Shown here piece after piece: positions 54,196-64,000 of a stretch of DNA of 64,000 bases; positions within the stretch are counted from its first letter, which is position 1; each line of letters opens with the position of its first letter. The position numbers and the translations under genes were made by a program. The notes below the pieces were generated by a model. It did not search any database. It saw nothing but the letters and a program-made list of their open reading frames with translations, and was not told the origin of the DNA. The stretch is from positions 27,032,001 through 27,096,000 of the forward strand of contig OZ287749.1 in the NCBI GenBank assembly GCA_965649765.1. Reading direction: 5' to 3'. The DNA is from Bispira polyomma (taxonomy: Eukaryota).

Positions 54196-55359
54196 TAGCC
54201 CAGTCACATCTACACGTGCCATCGTCCTATAACGTAGCAAAGCAATATGTCTAAAAACGGGATAATTTTGTGTCAAAGTGATGTCATTTTGACAAAGGTG
54301 CAGTCAGTTGTGACGTTTTTGTGACGATGTTGGTACTTATACACACGGAATGGGACAAAAAAAGACTTTACTAGCAGAATATCACTAACAACTACTACGT
54401 AGCACTACTGTACTGCTACTTACGACTGCGTTCTGGTACGTTATGATGCTTAGTAAACCGTTCCACGACAAATACAGACAAGTGGAGACGAATAACTACT
54501 TAATGCTACTTACTGCTACTAATGGCCTGGTCACACCTACACGTGCTAACGTCCCCCAACGTACCTAAGCAATATACACTGAAAACGTGGTAGTATTGTA
54601 TCAAAGTGACGTCATTTCCATAAAGGGGTAGTCGATTGTGACGTTTTGTGACGTTTCGTGATGATGTTGGTACTTGTACACACAAAGAGGGAATAAAAAA
54701 CGGACCCTTTACTGGTAGGATATCACTACCTACTACTACATGGAAGTAATGTACTGCTACTTACAGTTGCGTTCTGCTGCCTTCCGCTACTTAGTGAAAC
54801 TTTCTTGGCTAACGGAGACGATCTCACTACTTACTGGGACTTCCTCGCTATCTACTACTACATAAATCTACTTACTGATACGTCTAGCTGTTTCTGTAGT
54901 GTTTCAAACAGTTTGAAACACTACAGGAAAAAGACGAAACGGAGACGTTTCCGGAACGATATCATCCATCTTAAAACGTCCCAAAACGTAAAGAAACGAT
55001 CACAGAAGGGATCCTCACTTCCTACTACGTTTCTAAATGTTTCCCAAATTCACACAACGTGACACAAACGTAGCTCTAGAACGTGTAGGTGTGACCAGGA
55101 CATAACACAGACAAGTGGTGACGTCCTTGAGAAACGGAGAGCTCTGTAACAAATAATTTCAAAAAGTTTGAAATAATTGTGGTAACAGACCAAATGGAGA
55201 CGTTTCCGGAATGATATCATCCATTAAGCAACGTCCGGGAACGAATGCACTAGGGATCCTCACTTTTGCATTACTTTCTACTACATCTGTACTAGGGTTC
55301 TGAACAATTGAAAACCTCACAAGCGCGTAGCTCCAGCACATATAGGTGTGACTGGGCTA
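54196..55359. mobile_element. PIF/Harbinger-like MITE (outer)
   Basis: TIRs tagcccagtcacatctac / taggtgtgactgggcta with TWA-type flanks. Confidence 0.75.
54523..55102. mobile_element. PIF/Harbinger-like MITE (inner, nested) with TAA TSD
   Basis: taa|tggcctggtcacacctacacgt ... acgtgtaggtgtgaccaggaca|taa. Confidence 0.82.
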
Positions 55360-57137
55360 TTAACACCCATAATACAGTAGATAATTGCAGCCATTTGCTC
55401 AAAATTTTCTTTTCTGATAAAATGGCATTCATGGTATGTTTGACCAGCCTCGTGAGTATGGTAATTACGACTGGTGAGCTCGTGATTACCAACGGTGAGC
55501 GCTCGTTGCCACCCGTGTTTACAGGTCGTGTAGACCAATGGGAAGCATTGTTGTTTTCTGTATATATCAATACACAAGATGAACGAATGCAGTTTGAAGG
55601 TCAAGGCCATAGATTGGGAGTACTCTGGGAGCTTTCTAATTACGAGCCGTGATTACGAGATTTTGACTGTTCGTGGCGTTATTCACGAGGTGTAACTTGG
55701 TAATTACGGCTCGGAACAAGCACACAAACGGGTCATAAGTATCACCTTTTAGCTCAGTTATTATCATTACTTCCATTTAACCAAAGTGAATTAATTCCTG
55801 TTCGTGAGCAATTAGTTTAACTTGGAGTTAACATTACTTAAAACAAATAGCTTAATGCATGTTGGTGCCCTTAGCAATAAAGAACATCTCAGCAATCTTT
55901 AGGCAATTTTCAGGGAGAATTTGGAGGAATCTCAGGTTTAGTATTTACTATATAATGCCTCCAAGATAATATAGCCCATAGTGACTACATTTCACATAGT
56001 GATTCCTTGTAGTAATTATTAAATTTGTGAATGATAGTTATTAGTTCAGTAAAATTAAGTTCTATTTTAGTTTATATCAGTTCTGGACTTTTTTTTACTT
56101 ATTAAACAGAACAGCATAGCTTGATTGTCTGAAGAAGTGAAAAAAAAATATTGTTTCAATAGGAACACATTGCAAATTGAGAAAGATGTTCAGCTTACAT
56201 GTTCAAGTAAATAATATGAAGTGGGACAAAAAACCAGCAGACATTTGTCATGTTTGATTTGGAAGGAAGAGGTTTGTCCTTTGTCGTCCCTGCAATACTT
56301 TGTCAGAGCAGAAAAAGACAACACTGTTGTAATAAAACGACAATTTATAGGACAAAAAATAGGAGTGGTGTCCCATTTGAATGTGATTGTGTCACACTGA
56401 AAGTGTCGTCTGCTGCCTTTGAGTTAGACATGTATTGGGAGAAATTCCATGGAAAGTATAAAGTATCCACAAAACAGGCTACAGATATAAGACCCTGAAC
56501 TTAAAGTTAGGAAGAAATGTTAAATTTTAAGTTTTTAGTTAATTAAGCATTATAAATAGATAAACATTATATGTTCAAAGAGGCAGTTTGAGATAAACTT
56601 GTATTAGAAAATTCCATCCACATAAAAGAGGGTTCACAAGAGAGACTAGAGATATAAGACTGAACTAAAGTTAGGAATAAATCTTAAGAAATTAAAACAT
56701 TGTTCATCCTCCTTATATGCACAATACACTTGAGGAAATTATAAACCTCCTTACTTTATTTACCAATTTCTAACTTATACCTTTATACGTAACTTTTATA
56801 TGTTGCATGATATTTTTTATTACTGTAGTGGCATGTTTTACAAAATTTTAAAGTCTAGCTTTTAAAATTACTGTACAGATGTAAAAATTTAATTTGTAAA
56901 TAAATATCGCAAACAGCATCAGAACTTTCCTGACATATAAATTTATCCTTTGACCTGAATACAATGATACATACATACATGACCTTCAGAATATACATAT
57001 GACCTTATGGACAGACCAGGCATAACTTTGGGGACTGAAAAGGTACCCACAAACAAATAGGCTAGACATATAAGACTCTGAACTTAAAGTTAGGCAGAAA
57101 TCTTAAAACTTTAGCTTGGTTGTTCCTTACATATCAC

Positions 57138-57399
57138 AGGGCCGGGGTGGCGTAGTGGTTAGCAAGCATTGCGCTTCACAATCACTGGTCTCCCACCTCT
57201 GGGATCGGCTGGCGTGGGTTCGACTCCCGTTGATGCCTATGTGGGAAAGGTGGTAGTTCCTCACTGTGGGCCGCTGGTTTAGGTGTAATACCTTGACCAA
57301 CTGTATACAGTGTTTCCCCCAGCATTCTAACTACCCGTCCCAATATAACCTACTAAAAGGTACTAGAGTGGACGTTAAATGTCCAAATTCAAATTCAAA
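57138..57399 (+). mobile_element. Full-length family A SINE with 14 bp TSD
   Basis: A box tggcgtagtgg, B box ggttcgactcc, (caaatt)n tail; TSD tccttacatatcac at 57124-57137 and 57400-57413. Confidence 0.92.
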
Positions 57400-57931
57400 T
57401 CCTTACATATCACTATCCAGCAAACCAATAATCCAAATCTACCTAGTGTTTCCCAACCTAATGTGACAAGAGACACCACCACACAAGGACACCACACATC
57501 TCAGGGCTGTCTTGGTTGTGTAAAAAGCAGCAGCAGCAGCAGAACACCTTTCATCAAAACAGGGGTCCCCATTTGGCTATTGATTTAGTGAGACAGCTTT
57601 TACTTTCTCTAGCAAAATGCAACAGGCCCTAGTTTTATTTTCTATCTATCTGTCTGTCTCTCCCACTCCATTTTTGCCATTAGTGCTACTTTGCTTAGTT
57701 TTTAAAAGCTGTGTTGTGTGTGAATCTAAAGGGAGTAGGGGAGGGAGTGAGTAAAATGGGAGGAGGAGAGAAAGGGTTATAAATAACAGTGTCTGTTGTT
57801 AAAAAGGACAATGAACTGTCTTAAAGAAGTTACATACTTACATGTGCTCAATATTTTCAAATAAAAGCCAGCATATTGCAGTGCTGAGGTGATGTTGGCT
57901 TGTTGTGTTATTGATTGTGCTCCTCAAAAAT

Positions 57932-58215
57932 AGGATGGAACAGACGCAAGTGTCAGTTTAGTGCGACGGTGTTTTGTGTTGATTTTAATATGTAACAATG
58001 TTTGAAGGGAAATTTTGTGATTTAATTATTAGAGACCACCAATCCATTGGGTGGATGCAATGATTTATCAGTGAAGATGAGGAACAGACAATTGTGAGTT
58101 TAGAGCAGATGTGTTTATTTTAAGATGTAACATGTTTGAAGGGAAATGTTGTGATTTTATTTTTAGAGAGCAATCCAATATATGGATGCAATGATTTATT
58201 AGTTGTGAAGATGAG
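57932..58215 (+). repeat. About 135-140 bp tandem duplication covering the probable acceptor and start codon of gene 2
   Basis: tgtaaca.tgtttgaagggaaat...ttag|aga...caatcca...ggatgcaatgatttat...gtgaagatgag occurs twice. Confidence 0.75.
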
Positions 58216-58873
58216 TGATAAGCAAGAACCTTATCCTATATGGACAGAAGGGAATTCTTCCAGTTGTAAAGGAAGCAATGATTTGCTACAATATGGCAAG
58301 GAACAGGATGTCAATACAGCTAGTAAACAAGACCCATATCCTATTTGGTCAAAAGGAAATTTACTTACTTGTGATAAGACAAGCAAGGATTTGCTACAAT
58401 ACTGCAAGGAGCAGGATGTAAATGGTAAACAACAACACACAGATGTGGGGACATGGGGAAGTAGTCAAGGGCTCAAATATGGTGAACACAAGTCAGAGAT
58501 CCATTACACCAAGGACTGGCATGTAAAGGAACGTGAGTATATACTAAATGTGATCAAGAAAGTGAAATGTTTAGGAAAAGGAGTTACAAAAAAAGACATT
58601 GATCCAGAACTGTTGAGAAGATGTTATCAGTTCAGTTCTAATATGGAAAAAGAGACATGTACACCAGAGGTAGGGTCTGTGGATGAATTGAGAGCAAGGC
58701 AACAGGGCCGTGATGAGACAGTGAAACAAGAGATTAAGAAGGTCATAGGTAGTCTGGAGGAGGTACTGGATGAACTCAACCACGTGGTGGGAGATCTCAG
58801 GACTGTCGTCACTCAGATTGATGACATAACCACTGAAATCGAGGCTAGAGGAAGCCCAGACAGCGACAAAAAG
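58211..58873 (+). CDS. Gene 2 coding exon 1: PRR16(Largen)/INSYN1-like coiled-coil (DUF4589-like) protein
   Basis: ORF 58136..58897; first in-frame ATG at 58211; VKQEIKKVIGSLEEVLDELNHVVGDLRTVVTQIDDIT; ends AAG|gtaggg, phase 0. Confidence 0.8.
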
Positions 58874-61113
58874 GTAGGGAGTACTGTGTTAACCTAAAGG
58901 TAGGGAGTACTGTGTTAACCTTAAGGTAAGAGTACTGTGTTAACCTAAAGGTAGGGAGTACTGTGTTAACCTAAAGGTATGGAGTACTGTGTTAACCTTA
59001 CCTAAAGGTAGGGAGTACTGTGTTGACCTAAAGGTAGGGACTACTGTGTTAACCTAAAGGTAGGGAGTACTGTGTTGACCTAAAGGTAGGAAGTACTGTG
59101 TTAACCTAAAGGTATGGAGTACTGTGTTGACCTAAAGGTAGGGAGTACTGTGTTAACCTAAAGGTAGGGAGTACTGTGTTGACCTAAAGGTAGGAAGTAC
59201 TGTGTTAACCTAAAGGTATGGAGTACTGTGTTAACCTAAAGGTAGGAAGTACTGTGTTAACCTAAAGGTAGGGAGTACTGTGTTAACCTAAAGGTAGGAA
59301 GTACTGTTTTGACCTAAAGGTAGGACGTACTGTGTTGACCTAAAGGTAGAGAGTACTGTGTTGACCTAAAGGTAGGGAGTACTGTGTTAACCTAAAGGTA
59401 GGAAGTACTGTGTTGACCTAAAGGTAGGGAGTACTGTGTTAACCTAAAGGTAGGAAGTACTGTGTTAACCTAAAGGTAGGAAGTACTGTGTTGACCTAAA
59501 GGTATGGAGTACTGTGTTGACCTAAATGTATGGAGTACTGTGTTGACCTAAAGGTAGGGAGTACTGTGTTCACCTTAAGGTAGGGAGTACTGTGTTCACC
59601 TTAAGATAGGGAGTACTGTGTTAACCTTACCTAAAGGTAGGGAGTACTGTTAACCTTACCTAAAGGTAGGGAGTACTGTGTTAACCTAAAGGTAGGGAGT
59701 ACTGTGTTAACCTTACCTAAAGGTAGCGAGTACTGTTAACCTTACCTAAAGGTAGGGAGTACTGTGTTAACCTAAAGGTAGGGAGTACTGTGTTAACCTA
59801 AAGGTATGGCGTACTGTGTTAACCTAAAGAAAGGGAGTACTGTGTTAACCTAAAGGTAGGAAGTACTGTGTTTACCTAAAGGTAGGGAATACTGTGTTAA
59901 CCTAAAGGTAGGGAGTACTGTGTTAACCTAAAGGTAGGGAGTACTGTGTGAACCTTACCTAAAGGTAGGGAGTACTGTGTTGACCTAAAGGTAGGAAGTA
60001 CTGTGTTGACCTAAAGGTAAGGAGTACTGTGTTAACCTAAAGGTAGGAAGTACTGTGTTGACCTAAAGGTATGGAGTACTGTGTCAACCTTACCTAAAGG
60101 TATGGAGTACTGTGTTAACCTAAAGGTAGGGAGTACTGTGTTAACCTAAAGGTAGGAAGTACTGTGTTGACCTAAAGGTAGGAAGTACTGTGTTGACCTA
60201 AAGGTAGGGAGTACTGTGTTAACCTAAAGGTAGGAAGTACTGTGTTAACCTAAAGGTAGGGAGTACTATGTTAACCTAAAGGTAGGAAGTACTGTGTTGA
60301 CCTTAAGGTAGGGAGTACTGTGTTAACCTAAAGGTAGGAAGTACTGTGTTAACCTAAAGGTATGGAGTACTGTGTTAACCTAAATGTATGGAGTACTGTG
60401 TTGACCTAAAGGTAGGGAGTACTATGTTAACCTTACCTAAAGGTAGGGAGTACTGTTAACCTTACCTAAAGGTAGGGAGTACTGTGTTAACCTAAAGGTA
60501 GGGAGTACTGTGTTAACCTAAAGGTATGGCGTACTGTGTTAACCTAAAGGAAGGGAGTACTGTGTTGACCTAAAGGTAGGGAGTACTGTGTTAACCTAAA
60601 GGTAAGAAGTACTGTGTTAACCTAAAGGTAGGGAGTACTGTGTTAACCTAAAGGTAAGGAGTACTGTGTTGACCTAAAGGTAGGGAGTACTGTGTTAACC
60701 TAAAGGTAGGGAGTACTGTGTTAACCTAAAGGTAGGAAGTATTGTGTTAACCTAAAGGTAAGGAGTACTGTGTTGACCTAAAGGTAGGGAGTACTGTGTT
60801 AACCTAAAGGTAGGGAGTACTGTGTTAACCTAAAGGTAGGGAGTAATGTGTTTACCTAAATGTAGGGAGTACTGTGTTAACCTAAAGGTAGGGAGTAATG
60901 TGTTGACCTAAATGTAGGGAGTACTGTGTTAACCTAAAGGTAGGGAGTACTGTGTTAACCTAAAGGTAGGGAGTACTGTGTTGACCTAAAGGGAGTACTG
61001 TGTTAACCTAAAGGTAGGGAATACTGTGTTAACCTAAAAGTAGGGGGTACTGTGTTTACCTAAAGGTAGGGAGTACTTTGTTAACCTAAAGGTATGGAGT
61101 AATGCGTTGGCCT
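58870..61113 (+). repeat. 26 bp minisatellite (about 85 copies) made from the donor of gene 2 exon 1
   Basis: Unit aaag|gtagggagtactgtgttaacct; the first copy is the real donor. Confidence 0.97.
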
Positions 61114-61402
61114 ATTTTTAAGAATTAGTTGTACTAACACTAAGACATGCTGATGTATCGCCTCCCATCCTGTACAGTTGTAGCTAGCCTGGATGCATGT
61201 GGGGAAAAGTTGGTTGTAGACTTGGTGAATGGCGGCAGTTTATAGTACAGAAATCTTAACCAATTACCATGCACTGATTTCCTTCACCAGTGATACCAGT
61301 CATGGTATGACACAAACAATGTTCGAACCAAAACTAAACTTATACAAAATATTTGCCAGAAAAGTGTAAGGAACTTCTAGGATAGACATCACAAAATATA
61401 CT

Positions 61403-61511
61403 GGGCCCGTATTCACGAAAGGACTTAGCCAGGTCTTAGGCTCAAATCTAGCACAAAAGTATACTGATTTAAGCCTACGACCTGGCTAAGTCCTTTCGTG
61501 AATACGGCCCC
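61403..61511. mobile_element. 109 bp hairpin MITE (inverted relative to the 41170 copy)
   Basis: gggcccgtattcacgaaaggacttagccaggtc ... gacctggctaagtcctttcgtgaatacggcccc. Confidence 0.87.
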
Positions 61512-61775
61512 TGATATTTGAATATTTACGTATTGTTCCAATAAAAACAATAATAAAGTTACATGCAAAGAACAAAAATATTTTATCAGAGGACACACAA
61601 TAAACAATGTAACACCAATATGTTTTTAACATTTTTTTTCTGTAAATATTACATTCTAAAAGGTACTGCTAAATATGGATGCCTGCAAATCTTGGTGTAT
61701 ACAGAAAATTTGACAATACTATGATGTTGGTACAGAATATAATGTCTGCAATAAATTGAATTTCATTTTCTGCAG

Positions 61776-62666
61776 CTAGATACTCGCCTCCCACGCAGTA
61801 CGGCCTCAAGCTGTCTTAATGAAGTCCTTTCTTGCGATAGTGGATTTATGGGGATCAGCTCCCTTCATCAGAGACCCACTGCTGCTGATGCTGCTGTAAC
61901 CACCAACAACACAGGTGACCAAACCCTGTCATCAGCTACTACCCCAACTGTAGATAGCAGTGCTAATGAATCCAACACGATGATACCCAGTGGTGCTAGT
62001 GGTGGTGGAACTCAAGGTCACCCATTGCAACAAAACAATGCACGATCAATAACTGGCGGCCCCAGAAAGACCACCAACACCCCTCTTCCGCCCCTCTGCA
62101 AGAAATGCCAGTTGAGGAGCAGCAACAATGCTCAATTATTACCCAGAGGTTCATCTAATAACTACACTAATAATGGTAGTAATGGCAATAAACGATTTCA
62201 GAAACGCACGAAACACGCCCGGGAAAAGTTTTGCTTCTCCAATAATAACGAGAGTTCAGCCAAGGTCACGAGGGCACAGGGTGTAACAGCCAGAAATTGC
62301 AGTATTATTAAAAGCCGATCCATCAGTCGTAGTGTTCACAGCGACGGCGGGGATTTCTATGAGACACAATTGGAACAGCGTCTGGAGAACTTAAGTGGGG
62401 TGGATAGTAGTCAACCACAGGGTTTTAGTACAGTAGATTGGTTCACGTTGGAGAAAAGGTCCTACTCGGATACATTATTCAAAGGGGGCGATAATGGATC
62501 AGATAGGGAATCAGCTGACAACAGCTCGGAGGACGAAGACGAGGCTATAGTTTGTAAACACAAGGACGGAGTGTTGAAAGCTAGCGACACTTTTAGGTAT
62601 AAGATTAAACAAATAAGCATGAGAAAAGTGAACACAGCACATTGGAGGGTTGTTATTCAACCATAA
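61776..62666 (+). CDS. Gene 2 coding exon 2: low-complexity S/T/N-rich C-terminal region
   Basis: ttttctgcag|CTA, phase 0, in frame with ORF 61848..62666; joined protein about 517 aa. Confidence 0.8.
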   Translation, partial: LDTRLPRSTASSCLNEVLSCDSGFMGISSLHQRPTAADAAVTTNNTGDQTLSSATTPTVDSSANESNTMIPSGASGGGTQGHPLQQNNARSITGGPRKTTNTPLPPLCKKCQLRSSNNAQLLPRGSSNNYTNNGSNGNKRFQKRTKHAREKFCFSNNNESSAKVTRAQGVTARNCSIIKSRSISRSVHSDGGDFYETQLEQRLENLSGVDSSQPQGFSTVDWFTLEKRSYSDTLFKGGDNGSDRESADNSSEDEDEAIVCKHKDGVLKASDTFRYKIKQISMRKVNTAHWRVVIQP

Positions 62667-64000
62667 TATATATGATAGTGACAGAAGCCAATTAAATCTA
62701 GATATTAGCATGGTAGTAAAGACAGTTTGTATTTACAAACCCAAACTTCAATTTGGTAGGAGAGAATAAAATTGGCCAGGTGGGTATACATAATTCACAC
62801 CAACAAATTGTTTTCTGGGCAAATTATTATTTTGTCTTCTGCTAATGTAGTGTTCACACCCTTACAATATATAAAGAATTATTATTATTATCATAGAGCC
62901 GTTTACTTACGATTTAAAGCACTTTCAAGTGTGATCTTGAGTAAACGTCTAACATATTGGCATAAACTGGAGAGAATGGCAAGAACTGGTGTCAGAGCCT
63001 GAACTTCTGGACATGTTTAAAACTTTCGTGGGTGGTCAATTCTAAAAGTCATATCTGGAGAGAACTGGAGACAAGGGGTGTGGCCGGAGCATAGTCTGGG
63101 CATAATCTTGTAAAAACTTGTGTGACCTGGCCAGGACTGGTGTATTCTGGAGCTAATGCTGCATTAAATGTGTGATATTCTGTTTAAATCTGGTAAGGTC
63201 TTCGGCATTAACTAGTCATAATCTTGTAAGGTCTAGTGAAAACTGTGCATATCCTGGGGATTAGCTGGACATATTCTGGGTACAAAACTGGGCATATCCT
63301 GAGCATAATCTGGTTAATGATATGCAAATGAGTACTTCCACTTATTCTCTCCTAATCGGCTAAGTTCTATAATGATTAGGGGTGAACTGGTATAAACATG
63401 GCTGAGACTGTGATAGTTTGATCGCTACATTAGACGAATTTAAGTTTTTATTTAATGTCAGAAATACGAGTAGACTTTATAAAAACATAGTGTCAAGTCA
63501 CCCTGTTAGAGGTGTTAAACTAAGGGCAAAAAACGCTGAGCTTAAACTTAGACTCAACTTTAGGAACTAAGTTTAAGCATAAAACTCTTTGTGAATCCTG
63601 TCTTAGTATAAATGCAATCTATTTTCTACCTTGTCTTATAAACCCTCCCACAAATAATTATTCCTGCAATAAGAATTGCAGTTAATAGTACATGTAGTTC
63701 TTCGTACTTCAGTATATGTACAAAAGCAATAATATAATGATATTGTGATGAAAATTGTAGTATTGTGATATGTAGATTTCATTTCTGTTCACAGTTGTAA
63801 ATGTGCCATGTGATATGTTCAGATCTTGATACTGTGAATGTATTGATCTAGTTTTTTTTTGTTTTGTTAATGTCCCAGCTTGTTGTACAATGGTGCTTGT
63901 TGTTCGATTAAAATCACATGACAGTATTTGAAAACCTGCCTAATATAAGACTTAATGTGTAAAATGTTAAGCTGAACCTAATATTTTGTATTATACTTGC

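Noticed and set aside
35100-57900. Short 60-120 aa ORFs across the intergenic region
   Set aside because: No recognisable domains or consistent splice-phase chain, and many lie inside MITEs or SINEs. Small exons (e.g. non-coding 5' exons of gene 2) cannot be excluded.

Overview
AT-rich animal genomic DNA, probably from a lophotrochozoan invertebrate judging by repeat and protein style. (1) The 3' part of a large + strand gene: 29 coding exons I can splice by hand in one frame, 2025-34348, with the N-terminus upstream of the window. It encodes a type I membrane protein, CCP-ILEI/GG-CCP-ILEI/GG followed by about 17 more sushi/CCP modules, a transmembrane helix and a short tail. (2) Four tandem tRNA-Cys(GCA) genes at 44.5-45.3 kb. 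(3) A gene with two coding exons (58211-62666) whose coiled coil resembles the PRR16/Largen-INSYN1 (DUF4589) family. (4) Many tRNA-derived SINEs, CR1/L2-type LINE fragments and MITEs. The most striking signal is that almost every tandem repeat inside the two genes is built from a splice junction. At least 11 junctions are amplified 2 to about 85 times, with units of 18-161 bp. The working acceptor is always the last copy, the working donor is always the first, and the remaining copies are intact decoy splice sites. Coordinates were read by eye: exon and tRNA ends should be exact or nearly so, repeat ends are approximate.
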